A stretch of DNA of 64,000 bases from assembly GCA_012295275.1 (NCBI GenBank), contig CM022674.1, forward strand, positions 4,030,001 through 4,094,000, in the 5' to 3' direction. Source of the stretch: Chrysomallon squamiferum. Lineage: Eukaryota > Animalia > Mollusca. Both the position numbers and the translations under genes were made by a program. A model generated the notes under the pieces. That model did no database searches, was not told the origin of the DNA, and saw only the letters and a program-made list of their open reading frames with translations. Shown piece by piece: positions 1 to 14,172 of this stretch; position 1 is the stretch's first letter, and every line of letters begins with the position of its first letter.

Positions 1-185
1 AAAAAAAAAAAAACCACCAAAACGCTGAAAATTAATTATTGTTTCGTTTTGAACTCGCAAAATAAATTCTAAGTTTTATTCCAAAGTTTAGTCTCCAATA
101 ACTAATTCTGAAGACCTATTTCTAAAAACCTGAAACAAAATGAAAAATAAAAAGTTTAAATTATAAACTAAAAACGCTTACTTAC

Positions 186-383
186 TTGAATTTTCCTTGA
201 TGTTTGCTTTTACCGAAAAGCCGATATTTGCAATTTCCAGGCCCTTTTCTGATTGGAGGTTAATTACCAATGGATTCTTAGCAAGTGACGGGTCAAAGGT
301 CACGCTGCCAGTCTTGATGTCGATTGGTGACTGTTTATCACCTGCTGCATCTTTGAAAAATTTAGCCCAAGTCGCTGGTCCTA

Positions 384-446
<63 letters not shown>

Positions 447-965
447 TAATAATAATAATATTAACGAATTCTTTTCTAAAAAATTTTAATCATAAATTGT
501 TAGAAAAAAAGGAATTTCGTCTTTTCCACTCTTGGAATCTTGAAATTTCACTAACGTACACACAGACATACGTATATTAGACATTAGAATAACACGTAAG
601 CACTGAAGAATGCGTTGCCATTTTTAGCTGCACTTAGTTGAATACTCTCATAGCTGACTATGATTTATTTGTTACGGCTATATACAAACACACTATACTG
701 TTTACTCCAAGCTATGGTAATGACGTAAATATATAGAAATATATATATATATATAAATATACGATAAAATACAATAAATAAGGCGAAACAGAAACATTTT
801 TAAAAAGAAAACGACGTTAAAACAATATTAATAAAAAAATATATATATAAAATTTTTTTTAAAAAAACGAGCTAAAAATTTTAGCAAACTTCCTCCCCGA
901 CGTCATCAACCACTGTGACAAAACGACGCACACTTACCGTTGTCTTTGCCGTATCCCCAACTCAT
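186..965 (-). CDS. Alpha-carbonic anhydrase copy A, exons 1-2 (gene continues beyond the left edge)
   Basis: Exon 1 965-938 (MSWGYGKDN+G, donor GTAAGT); exon 2 380-186 ([65 protein letters not shown], donor GTAAGT). WGY, GPxxW and QSPIDI are alpha-CA N-terminal motifs; exon sizes 28 and 195 nt match copy C. The downstream exons are outside the window, so intactness is unknown. Confidence 0.88.
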
Positions 966-1393
966 TGTTCCACAACAACTACAACACAGACGTTGCCTGG
1001 GTCACGTTTTAATGCGTTGAAATACCGGCGTTAGGTTTACTATCCAACGACAGCGTGATTTTTGTTCTGCCCGGGTAATATATACCCGTGAACATTTTAT
1101 ACCGCCTAAATATTTATCTCTTAAAAATAACTATGTACTTTTGCTGGACTATAACCATGTAATCTGTGTGTTTAGCTAGTCAGTTATTCATAATCCTTAA
1201 TATCAGTTTTTTTTTAAATGTATTTAATTATACAGACGATTTATTTATTTACCTGGACTTAAATTTGTTTGTTTTTGTTTGCTTGCATGCTTGTTTATGA
1301 TTATTTTTGTTCAGATGGGTTTTTTATTTCTTCAATTATTTCTTTGTTTTCATGTTTGTTTGTTTTTTATTTGTATGTTCAGATAGTAGAATC

Positions 1394-1427
<34 letters not shown>

Positions 1428-2147
1428 GTTAAATTTAAGTTCTGTAGAATGGACGAAATAGCTAGGGATATATACCTTGAAGCGCTGTACTCACGGGTTT
1501 TAAATACGCTGCATCAGTTTTTGGATTTTGTATATTTGTTATTTTAATAGTACAAAAGGAAGAAAGGAAGAGGAGTGAAAAGAAATCTGATTGGTTGAAA
1601 TGATCTCTGCTGGATAAAAATAGAAACAGAGAAAAGAAGAATTTCATTGGCTATTTGAAATCTGTGTTTTTGCTAAACAGAACAAAATTGGCATCTGATT
1701 GATTAATGTAAAGAACTGTCCTTGATATTAAGGCATAATGACCAACAATAAATTTGTTTTGTATAAACCATTGTTGTCAGATAATTAGTGAGAATAAAAA
1801 GAAATTTAAATTCAGAAAAGTAATAAAAAAATTGTTTTAAGAAAGAAACCTAAATAAATGAGAACACAGAAACAAAGAAAGAAACAATAAACGACTAACT
1901 AACTAAATAAATTAAAAGATAATTAACCAAATAAATAAATAAATAAATAAGTTAATAAATAAATAAATAAATACATTACAACACAAATAATTAAATAAAT
2001 GAATAAACAGATAGCAACTAAGCAACACCGTTACATTACCACCACCAATAATATACTGGTTCTTTAAATATCATTTTAAAAAAGTAATCATTTTATTCTG
2101 GTACCAGTGTAAAAATATGTTTAAAATAGATGTATTTGCATACATAC

Positions 2148-2210
2148 ATTGCTCTTATTAGCGATAAATCTGTCAGTTCCTTTACAGCCATCACATATGG
2201 ATGTTTGTCT
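2148..2210 (-). pseudogene. Orphan copy of CYP4 coding exon 5 (remnant of a duplicated CYP4)
   Basis: Encodes DKHPYVMAVKELTDLSLIRA vs DKHPYVMAVKELTDLWLIRA at 30283-30345. It is 63 nt with AG and GT intact and is flanked by copies of CYP4 intron and 5' sequence; other coding exons were not found in the copy. Confidence 0.85.
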
Positions 2211-2247
2211 CTGTAACACAGGGGTAAAAACCAACAATATGATATAT

Positions 2248-2307
<60 letters not shown>

Positions 2308-3989
2308 GTAGAAAGATAGATATGATATATATAGATAGATAGATAGATAGAAATATAGACAGATATGGTGCGTGTGTGGGCATGTGTAGATAAAATTATA
2401 TAGATTATAGATATAGCAGTATTAAGTAAATAATTAAATGAATTAACAAAAGAGCATAATTAAAAGTAAAATGAATGTTTTTATAATGTTATGCTTTGTT
2501 ATTGTTTATTGCAATAACTTATACATATATAAAGAAATAAAGAAGGAAATAAAAGAAATAAAAGGGCTTGAAAAAATAAAGTTATATGGATTCCTGCATA
2601 TAGAAACACAAAAATAAAGACACTCAGTTACACAAAAACACACACACACATACATACATACATATATATTGTCATGTGTGTGTAATACATAGAAAAAACA
2701 TATAGAAAACCATATACAGACGTATATACATACAGACAGACAAGCGCACACACACTGTCACAAACTCACATATCTTTTTTAAATTTGATTCCTATTTACT
2801 TTTGCGGTTCATAAAAAATATATATTTAATATATGTTTTCTTTTTCCATTTTTCTTTTTAAATAAAAATAAAAATATTCATTAATTCATACCTGCTTTGT
2901 CTTGTGATTGATCCTGGCCTAAGTTCGATGGAAAATTATCTCCTGTATATTCTTAGTCACAAACTTAAGATCCACGGACTTAAAAGCTTATTCAGTTCAC
3001 AGATCGTTGTTAAAGAGTTCAAGGTAATAACTTCAACTTCAACAATAAGAAGGAAAAAAAGTGAATAATAATAGTAATAAATAAATAAATAAGAGTTATT
3101 AGTGATGATGATGATGATGAATGTAACATTGTGATTATTATTTATTAAAGCTGAAAAAGATATAGTGAGAAATATCAGTGTACTTTTACAGGCATGTTGA
3201 TTTTAAAAAACTAAAAAAACAAAAATAAAAAAAACAATGGAAAGCGAAGGTGACCAAAAAACACAATACGTAAGCTTTTTTTTTTTTTATCAGTGTAGAA
3301 TTTTATTTTAACCTTTGACACGTTTAATTTTCCATTTACCAGTACAGACGTAGACCACTAACATTATATATCTAGTAGTTTGAATAGATTTCTCTGCCCT
3401 TGACCTAAAATTATTTTGTGCCAACAGGTTAACGTTCCTGGAATTTGTGTCCCCGATTCTTCTTTGGTTTTATAATTACTGACAGTGAATTTATTTTGTG
3501 TTTGTATGTGGATGTGAGTGGATGGAGGTGAACGGGAGGAAGACGCTTTATAAACTACAAACAGTTAAAACTTCATTTAGTATTAAACTGACCAAAATGT
3601 CACGAAAAACTGTAGAGGTTTTGTTGTCAATATTTTGTTCCAATTACAAAATTAATGTGATAGCTAATAACCGTTAACTAGTTAATGGCCTCCATTTTTA
3701 TTATTTATTTAGCTGTTTATTTATTTATTTATTGTTATTTATTGTTATTTAATTTTGAAAATAATAATAATTTTTTATTTTTTTTTAAATTTATATGTTA
3801 CCGTAGTCACGTATAAAAATACCCTAAATCATGGCAGTTTTGCTAGACAGACATTTATTGTTCTTTTAAATCATGCAGCAGAATATAAATATGTCTTCTA
3901 TTGATACCGATCGTAATCCCCGGGTACGAACGTAAAAAAAAAAATCATGTCTTCATGCACGGATCATAGAATGTTTCGTATTACGATAC

Positions 3990-4545
3990 AAGAGGTCACA
4001 TGACTATACCTACTATAGAGAGATCACCATATGATACGAAAATGACGTCACTATATGATAGGAAATGAAAATCACTAAATTACATGTGCAGGGGTCAAAG
4101 CAGGATACGATTTACACTAGCAGAAAGGTCACGCTGTGATATATTTTGAAATTCAAGGGTCGCACTGGGTTTCGATAATCGAGGTCAAATGTGGCATATT
4201 TTGAAATACAGAGGTCATTACATGATATGTATAACGATACAGAGGTCATTAAGGATACGTATTGCCCATCAGATATACTATATTGGGATAAAGAAGTAAC
4301 AATATGATACGTATTACATACAGAGATCATTTTAGATACATATTGCAATGCAGAAGTCAAAATATGATACGTACTATCATACACAGATAACAATATCATC
4401 CACAGGTCACTGTCTTATATGTATGTTGATAGAGAGGTCCAATAATATAATGCGTATTAAGACACTGGTCAGTGTAATACATATACTAAACAACATGTGC
4501 TTAAATACACAGCTCATTAATATTGTTACATAGATCACTGAGTGA
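3990..4545 (+). repeat. Degenerate ~30-bp tandem array with (A)GAGGTCA core (copy 2)
   Basis: GGTCA-like cores at about 4093, 4127, 4158, 4183, 4213, 4244, 4295, 4325, 4355, 4386, 4405, 4436, 4467; rough consensus ACAGAGGTCA-n-ATATGATACGTAT. Reverse-complement twin at ~21345-21950. Confidence 0.7.
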
Positions 4546-5493
4546 TGTATGCGTTTTTATAGAGTATTTTCGAATGATTCTATTGAAGAAACATAATCGT
4601 TTATATGTCATGAATGATTCAAATGAATAAGGTGCATAAATATTTTCAAAGAACCCGTTACAGACTGATCAAAATCTTCGGTATGTATATTTCTGTGTAT
4701 GAGAAGGTGTTTGAAAAAGATCCTTTATTGCTAACCGTTGAGAATAACCCATATGGTGTAGATATCCGGATTTCTGTCTCAAATCGAGGCTGTCAATACA
4801 ATGTTCAGGACTGATGTCAGTGGAATGTATCACTGTAACCTTCTTCTTGTTTCTGTTCTTTTGGGGGTTTTTTTGGTGAGTAAGCTGCACGTTGTAATTT
4901 TATTTGTTAAAACGTATCAGATGGCAAAGCTGCGCAGTGCACAGATGTGCTGGATACGTAACCAAATGGAACAGATGTTACTGTGTTTATGTAACACGAG
5001 TGACAAGTTCGTGTAACAACGGCTGATGGGGCTTGTTCGAATGACACCACGCTAGTGATCGGTGTATGACAAAACTCACACTTGAAACAACTAAAACAAA
5101 ACCAAATAAAAACAAAATTAATGAAAAGGAATTGTAATAATAAAAGCAATGACGGTGTCTTCAACAGTATCATTGCAAATTATGAAAACGATCTCATAAA
5201 CTACAGTAACAACAGCAACAGCAACACAACAACTTAAAGTGTGTAAATAGTGACGTGACGAAATTGGGACAAAATATCAGCCTCCATGTTTTTGCAAGGT
5301 ATTTGTTCATTTATGGAAACAGTTTATTTTAATAAAGATTTTGACTTAAAAATAAATATTTCACGACTACGCCAGTTACAGCTGTTGTCAGAGATACAAA
5401 AAAGAGATATTAATTTATCTAACAAAAAAAAAAAAAAAAAAAAAAAGTAAAATAAGAAACGAAAGATAAACGAAAATGTCAGAGGAATAAAAA

Positions 5494-5524
<31 letters not shown>

Positions 5525-5813
5525 CAAATTTAAAATATAGCAGAAAGTAAGATTACAAAGAAAAAAAAAATAATGTGGCTACAAAGATTGTAAAAGTATT
5601 ATCTAAATTCTTGCATATTGTTTACTTATCTTCTTATTTCACATGCCATACCTATTCTACATGTGTTACATAACTTCTGACTGATTATCCATTTAATCTG
5701 TGCTATATCCGACCTTGATACAATAAACACCATTGATGATTTTTTTACATACATTTGTACCTGACAGATAGATACACTGACAGATGGTTAGTTTTGACTT
5801 TTTACTTTTGGAT

Positions 5814-5880
<67 letters not shown>

Positions 5881-5975
5881 ACGAAAATAAAATCCATAGC
5901 CATGATATTGCGGACGCTACCGGTTTTAAAATATTAAACAGAATCCGCAATAATCTTAGCTTTCTAGAAACCGTT

Positions 5976-6027
<52 letters not shown>

Positions 6028-6088
6028 TGCATATATATGTGTGTATATATATATATATGTATGTATATTTCTTTCTTTTTTTCTAACA

Positions 6089-6175
<87 letters not shown>

Positions 6176-6178
6176 TAG

Positions 6179-7260
6179 GACCAGCGACTTGGGCTAAATT
6201 TTTCAAAGATGCAGCAGGTGATAAACAGTCCACCAATCGACATCAAGACTGGCAGCGTGACCTTTGACCCGACCCTTGCTAACAATCCATTGGTAATTAA
6301 TTACCAATCAGAACTGATCGCTGATTGGTTGACTCTGATGAGCTAAGTTTGGTTTCCGGCAAAATATTACCGGGGAAAAAAGTATACTGTCAAACATTAC
6401 GTAATAATTCAGGATTTCGAATAAGCACGTTATGATTTCGAAACGAATTCGAAATCGATGGATTCATTTCGAGTTTCGCACATTCCTAAAATAAAACAAT
6501 ACAAACATCGAAAAATGACTTAACAGATCCTTCAACTTAATTACTCCATATAAAATCTTTAATGTCATAATTGATGCACATTTCAGCCATACAAGGCGGA
6601 CCTCTGAAGAATGAATACAAACTTGATCAGTTTCATTTTCACTGGGGTTCAACTAACGAGAAGGGTGCAGATCACACGATTGACGGAAAGACATTTCCAA
6701 TCAAGGTATTAGATTGTTTTTTGGGGAGGGCTGGGTTAGGCGAAGAAGGGAAAAGGGTTATGCTCTCGAAAATAATAGTTTTAAAAAATATAAGTCAGAG
6801 TTTAAACGTTATGACGTATCGATAAATAATTATACATTCTTTTTCTTCGTTTCTCGAAAGACAAATATAAAGTTTTTAAATTTATTTATTTATTTATTTG
6901 TATTTTTAATGTAATTAATTTTATTTTATATTATATAAATTCAATTAAAATTAGGATTACTAATTAAACATTTTTTTGTCCGAATTTACTTTCTTCGTAC
7001 TAGCTGCATGTAGTTTCTCTATGGAAACCCTTGACACACGTACATATTGAATATTTTTTATTAGTTCTATATAAATAAATGCGTTTCTTTAATCTATGCC
7101 TTATTTAGAATGAGATCATCCTATAATGGGTTGTAATGTAATTCACATATATAAATATATGTCGCTTTAGTCAAATCTAGCTAGGCATGCATAAATTGGG
7201 GTAATATCTGCAGAACATAAACAAACTTGTACACATATAAAAACATTTTTCATAATAAAG

Positions 7261-7349
<89 letters not shown>

Positions 7350-7919
7350 GAACAAGATACCTTTCCCTCAAACAAACACAGACATAGAAATGAATTAGAT
7401 ATTTTCATGTGTATTTGTGTATTTTAATACATTTATCAGGTAGGCAAGGAAAATACTGGATTAAAACCTTTTACAGACGTCTTGAACAGGATAAAGTTCA
7501 AAGTCAGCGCTGTTCACCTTGAACAAGATCTTAATCCATCGTGTCTTTTACCAAGTAAGAAAAATAAATAAATAAATAAACAAACAAACAAATAAATAAA
7601 TAAACAAACTTATAACTGATTCTGCTTCTTTGTTCAGCTCTTTCTTTTTCTTTTATATTTCGTTTTTCTTTATTTTTTATTTTTTTTTTTTTTTTTTTTT
7701 TAATTCTTTTAATCTTTGTTTTCTTCTGTCTTTAATTTCTCTTTTCCACTTCATTTCACCATTTGAATACTTTATTTTTGAAAACGTCTTATTTCTTTCA
7801 CTTCCACAGGAAACACAGCTAACTACTGGACGTACCATGGGTCACTGACCTGGCCTCCGTGCTACGAAAGCACCACGTGGTTTGTGTTTCCGGAGATATT
7901 AGAAATATCCGAAGAACAG
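6179..7919 (+). pseudogene. Alpha-carbonic anhydrase copy B, unprocessed pseudogene
   Basis: Exon 2 from 6179 has a +1 insertion (CAGTCCACCAATC vs CAGTCACCAATC) and is cut after ~6313 by unrelated sequence. Exon 3 6587-6705 has GADH for GSEH and K for the conserved E117. Exon 4 is reduced to LHVV at ~7004 and fused to intron sequence. Exon 5 7440-7554; exon 6 7810-7919 has GSLTWPP. No exon 1 or exon 7 found. Confidence 0.9.
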
Positions 7920-7987
7920 GTAATTATAATGAGGCAAGGGAGATAACAACAATTCTTGGGTACTTAAATAAAAAAAAACACATTTAA

Positions 7988-8049
<62 letters not shown>

Positions 8050-8661
8050 AATAAAGCATTACCTATAATATTTCACTGATAGAAAGACACACACACACAC
8101 ACATATAGACAGAAACGAAAGAAAAAAAGTTACGAGATAAAAACAATTTTTTTTAATTTCAAAAAATGAAAAGGGATGCCAAAACAGGTAAAAAAGATAA
8201 TTAAATTTGATTATTTGGTCCTTTTATTGATATATCAAAAAGAAAATCATTTATTTGTTTGTTTGTTTGTTTATCTGTCGCTTTATTTATTTAATTACGG
8301 CTAATGGGCGTTACAAAATGTTTTATCAGACTGTGTCTCCAGTAGGAAAACGCCATCATCGAGGAAAGAATTGTTTACGATATGACGTCATGACAATGAA
8401 ACAATAACGACTTAAAGAAGCAGCATTCCCTATTTTTTAAGTTTTGTTAGGTAAGTTTTGTACAATTGAGAAAATAGTTTTAGTAAGAAATAGATTTTTG
8501 TTTCGTATTTTTCTTGAATGTGTTCAATTAAATGTTCATTTATTCATCTCCACTCTTTCTCATTCCCACACAAACATAAAATTAATGTAGTATGTGTAAA
8601 ATATTAAACAGTGCTTGATAAAATACTCTTAAATAACTGATTTCAATGAAACCAGCTAACC

Positions 8662-8711
<50 letters not shown>

Positions 8712-9048
8712 AGCCACATAATTAATATATAGCAATAAAATAAAACAAACAAATACGATTACCAACAAGCAATAAAAGTTTAATCTAAAACAAAAAGTCA
8801 TGTTTTACGACAATAACAAAAACAAATTACACTTGCTAAAACAAAATAAATATATTTATTATGGCCTGTGCACAAATTCTCTAAACTTCTAAAAACATAA
8901 TTTATTATCACATTTTGTTTTCTTGTCACTTTTTTTCTTTCTCTCCCTCTCTCTCCTCCGTGCTCTACCATTTTATCTCTGTAGGTGTAGCTTTTATATT
9001 CTGGTTAAAATATAAACTGAGTAAAATTATTCAAGAATTTCCAGTAGT

Positions 9049-9195
9049 CTACTTATACGATGAACTGACCGTCCTTGACCCTAACGGAAGTGGTGGCCGG
9101 AAGTTATCAACGATATTATCTCCATCTTGTTCGGTAGAAAATAATCCTCGAAAAGCTTTTAACTGAAAAAAAAAATAATAATAATAATAATAATA

Positions 9196-9236
<41 letters not shown>

Positions 9237-9312
9237 AATAATAATAATAATAATAATCATAATAATAATTAAATTAGTGATTTTTGCATGATAATAATAA
9301 TAATAATTTTAA

Positions 9313-9344
<32 letters not shown>

Positions 9345-9362
9345 ATTATTATTAATTTATTA

Positions 9363-9393
<31 letters not shown>

Positions 9394-9723
9394 TTTATTT
9401 TATATTGTTCTCAGTAACCCGCTTAGAATTAAGTAAACTGGTAGATGGATCTGATAATAGCAAAATCAGTTTATGTGTATGTATGTATGTGTATGTATGT
9501 ATGTGTGTGTGTTTTGTTGTGTGTGTGTGTGTGTGTGTGTTTTTGTTTGAATGTGTGTGTATGTGTAAGTATGTATGCTTGTCAGTGTTTATGTTTGTAT
9601 GAAATCGTTTGTGTTTTATTTGTTAACTATCAAATACAAAATAAAAAAAGAAAGAAAACAAAACAAACGCAATTTTAATCAATTAGAAGTGTACAAAATA
9701 TATTTTAATTAATTATTCATTCT

Positions 9724-9767
<44 letters not shown>

Positions 9768-10393
9768 CCACACACAATCCAAGGATACACTTAATTTAGT
9801 ACCCAACACGAAACGTTGTTATCTCCCTTGCCTCATTATAATTACCTGTTCTTCGGATATTTCTAATGACGCTGGAAACACAAACCACGTGATGCTTTCG
9901 TAGCAAGGAGGCGTGGTTAACGAACCATTGTATGTCCAATAATTAGCCGTATTTTCTGTGGAAATAACAGAAATTGCTGGTTTTTAAATAAAGTATTCAA
10001 ATGAAATGAAGTGGAAAAATATAAAGAAAACATAGAAGAAAACAAAGATTAAAAGAATTTCAAAAAAAGAAGGAAGAAAAGAAAAAAAAAGAAAATGAAA
10101 TAAAGAAAAACGAAATATAAAAGAGAAAGATAGAACTGAACAAAGAAGCAGAATCTGTCACAAGTTTATTTATTTATTTATTTATTTTTCTTACTTGGTA
10201 AAAGACACGATGGATTAAAATCTTGTTCTAGGTGAACGACGTTGCCTTTGAACTTTATCTTGTTGAAGACGTCTGTAAGAATTTTTAATCCGGTGTTTTC
10301 CTTGCCTACCTGGCAATAAATGTATTAAAAATATAGACATGCATATGAATATAAATAAAAATATCTACTTGATTTCTATGTCTGTGTTTGTGT

Positions 10394-10492
<99 letters not shown>

Positions 10493-12113
10493 TTTGCTTT
10501 ATGAAAAATGTTCTCACTTTGCACTACGAAAACAAATATGACACGAATTTTGTTTTGTTTTTTTTGCATTTTTTTGTTTTGTTTTTTATTTTTTTGTTTG
10601 TATGTTTATTCTTTTAGATATGTACAAGTCTATTCATCCTCTGCTAGAGAGGCATATATTTATTTATTTATGTGAATTATGTTATAGCTCGTTCTGGAAT
10701 GACATCATTCTAAGTAAGGTATGGATTAAAGAAATGCAGTAATTTATCTCAACGGAACAAAAGCTGTGCTAAATACAGAAATAATACAAATATTCAATAA
10801 GCAAGTGTGACAAGGGTTCCCATGCGGGTTTCATATGGAATGAGATGAAAGCGGCCATATTTAATCATCGCTCTATTTTTACCTTGAAGAGAATGCCTAA
10901 TACAGCCAACCCATCATCCTTGTCCGCTGCTTCTTTAAAACTCTGGTACTTGTCTTTGTTCCAGTGCACTAAATGCAGCTAAATACAAAGAAAGTAAATC
11001 GGACCATATTTTTTTTAAATTAGTTTTAATCCTAATTTTAATTGGATTTAAATAATAAAAAAATTAAATTAATTAAACTAAAAATATACATAAAAATATA
11101 AATAAATAAATAAATAAATAAACTGTATATTTGCCTTTCGAGAAACGAAAGAAAAGGAGTGTATATTTATTTATCGACATATCGTAACGTTTAAATATCG
11201 TAAAGTTTATATTTTTTAAATTATTATTTTCGAGAACATAACCCTTTTCCCTTTTCCCTTCCCCAAAACCCAATCCCCCAAAACACATCTAATACCTCTG
11301 CTGGAAATGTCTTTCCATCAGTAGTGTGTTCTGAGCCCTTCTCGTTAGTTGAACCCCAGTGAAAATGAAACTGAGCAAGTCTGTATTCATTCTTCAGAGG
11401 TCCGCCTTTTATGGCTGAAATGTGCATCAATTATAAATCATTATAAAATTAACGATTTTATATAGAGTAATACATTTAGAGGATCTGCTAAGTCATTTTT
11501 CGATGATTGTATTGTTTTATTTTACGAATGTGCGAAACTCGAAATAAATCCAGCGATTTCGAATTCGTTTCGAGGTCATAACGTGCTTATTCGAAATTCT
11601 AAATTCGCAAAATAAATTCGACTTTTTTTAAAGTTTCTGTCGAAAAGTTTAGTCTTCTAAAAACTTAAAAATAAAAAATTTAAATAATAAACTAAAAATG
11701 CTTACTTACTGGAATTTTCCTTGATGATTGCTTTTACCGAAGCTCCGACATTTGCAACTTCCAGGTTCTTTTCTGATTGGTAGTTGATTACCAATGGATT
11801 GTTAGCAAGTTTCGGGTCAAAGGTCACGTTGGCAGGCTTGATGTCGATTGGTGACTGTTTGTCACCTGCTGCATCTTTGAAAGATTTAGCCCAAGTCGCT
11901 GGTCCTAAATAATAATAATAATAATAATAATAATCATAATAACAGTTTTCTTTTCCTAAAACTTTAGTCACTAATTGTTAGAAAAAAATGAAATTTCGTC
12001 TTTTCCACTTTTTGAATCTTGAAATTTCTGACTACGATAATATGCTGCAAGACAATCATTTTATTTATTTATTTATTTATTATGATTACTATTATTTGTA
12101 GTAGTAGTATTAA

Positions 12114-12159
<46 letters not shown>

Positions 12160-12686
12160 TATTTATTTATTTTTATTTATTTTATTTTATTTTATTTTAT
12201 TATTATTTTATTTTTTTTGTTATTATTTATTTATTTATTTTACTTTATTTTATTTTATTTTTTTATTTTTTTTTATTTTTTTTTTTTGCCTTTCGGTAAT
12301 CAGTAAAATTTGGTTATTTTTATCTATTTTTCTGATTTCTTTTTCATTCCTCTTTATACCTCACGAAACGACCCGAAATAACCCGAATCACTGGGGAAAT
12401 TACGTTCGTTAATTGTATAGATTTATGACTGCGTGCATCGTTGATTAAACTGCTTATCTTATAGCGGTGTTTAGACGGCATAAATAATAAGATGCCGATT
12501 TAATATGTCTTCAGCAATTCGACTGATTGATCAGTCAAATGAAGATACGAAAATGCGGCTATTACCCCCCTTATCGAGACAAGATGGTCAACGCCAATTA
12601 AAGAATCAACGGCAATACACGCAACATCGCGCACCTACATTATCGATCTCTCCGTCTGTCTGTCTGTCTGTCTATCGATTCTTCTT

Positions 12687-12717
<31 letters not shown>

Positions 12718-12966
12718 TTATTATTATTATTATTATTATTAATTTGTATTATTATTATTATTATTTGCTTGTTTGTTTTTATTTTTTTTTATTATTATTT
12801 TTCGTATTTATTTACTTATTTAATTTATTCATTACTTTTCCGGGTGACGCAGTTCCTTTAATTTATTATTATTATCAGTGGTGTTGTCGGTGTCATTAGT
12901 ATCGTTTTATTTTTTATCAAATATCCTACTTTATTTTTATTTTTCTTCTTTCTTTTATTTTCTTAT

Positions 12967-12997
<31 letters not shown>

Positions 12998-13007
12998 TTA
13001 TTATTAT

Positions 13008-13039
<32 letters not shown>

Positions 13040-13548
13040 ATCGTAATAGTAGTAGTAGTAGTAGTAGTATGTAATTTGTTATCGTAAAACTTTAACCCCC
13101 ACAAAAGTCGTTACCCATTGTCTAAAATTATGTATCCGTCGCTAACGTCACTTCTGCTCTCTCACAGATAACCAGACGAACAAAACGAACATCGACAAAC
13201 GTGACACGATACGGTGCACGTGCGGCTCTTTCTATTATCGTCTGCCAGACGCGTGTGTCTGATATCGAGGCTAATTAGCAGATGGCCTCTAATATCAGAC
13301 AGCGAGATTAAAGACTTCTGAGGTCACGAGGGATCACTACCAGATAAAAAGAGAAGAGAAAAAACAACAAAATGGCGGAGAATTAATCTGAAATCAGTAG
13401 TGAAGTTTCGTTGGTAAAGAAGGAAAAGTGGAATAACTGAGAAAAAAATAAAAAAAGAAAGAAAGATAAAATAAAATAAAAAATAAAAAGATAAATAAGA
13501 AAATAGAAAGAGGCAACTAATGATTAATAAAATTACAACAACAGCAAC

Positions 13549-13610
<62 letters not shown>

Positions 13611-14090
13611 GTAGTAGTAGTAGTAGTAGTAGTAGAAGTATATTAGCAGCAGTAGCAATAGTACTAATGGTGATGGTAGTAATAGTGTTGTGTTAGTGTA
13701 ATAGCAGTTGTAGTAATACTAATAGTGGTAGTTGTTGTAGTGGTAGTAGAATTACAGAGATTAGTTTGTTCCGTTCATTTTCACTGTCGCACAACGTCAT
13801 TGCAGATAACTGAGGTTAAAGGTCAAAGCATTATGACGTCACAATGCGCGCAACGTCATCTTTTTAAAACATGACGTCTATTTTATGGCTTCTAGTTAGT
13901 TTGTTCTATAAGCGAGCTTTTGCTGCCGGTAACAGAAAAAGGTAAAATATAATATGATTATAATTATTATAAGATGAATTTATGAATTCCTTTGTCTACA
14001 TCTGAGATATTTATTAACTGCAGACGTTATTTTTTCACGAATAATATTGTTAGTAGATTAGGAAACTAAATAAAAATAATAAATAAATAA

Positions 14091-14128
<38 letters not shown>

Positions 14129-14139
14129 TAAATAAATAT

Positions 14140-14172
<33 letters not shown>

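Larger units (their letters stand above)
1511..8050. repeat. Inverted, internally deleted segmental duplicate of ~9.7-31.5 kb
   Basis: Collinear reverse-complement blocks (approximate): 1511-2109 vs 30945-31535; 2110-2290 vs 30200-30385; 2545-3740 vs 25600-26810; 3750-3890 vs 24970-25090; 3900-6000 vs 20030-22040; 6080-8050 vs 9720-11980. ORF-track twins such as 4614+/21097- and 4907-/20725+ confirm it. Confidence 0.92.

Noticed and set aside
197-388. 63-aa + strand ORF (likewise 8915-9166 +, 31560-31754 -, 36552-36773 +, 56740-56994 -, 62328-62585 -)
   Set aside because: Antisense shadows of real exons on the opposite strand.
3990-4545. CRISPR-like appearance (recurrent core plus variable spacer)
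   Set aside because: Cores are short and degenerate, spacers resemble each other, there are no cas genes and the context is a eukaryotic intron; it is a decayed minisatellite.
4614-5173. ORFs conserved in two copies (4614+/21097-, 4907-/20725+)
   Set aside because: The similarity is explained by the recent segmental duplication; no recognisable domain, and stop positions differ between copies.
6179-7919. CA-B as a functional acatalytic CA-related protein
   Set aside because: Frameshift and truncation in exon 2, most of exon 4 deleted, and no first or last exon found.
1511-8050. Inverted duplicate as a haplotig/assembly artefact
   Set aside because: The copies differ by many substitutions, indels, large deletions and a transposon presence/absence, more than expected from an assembly echo; long-read confirmation is still desirable.
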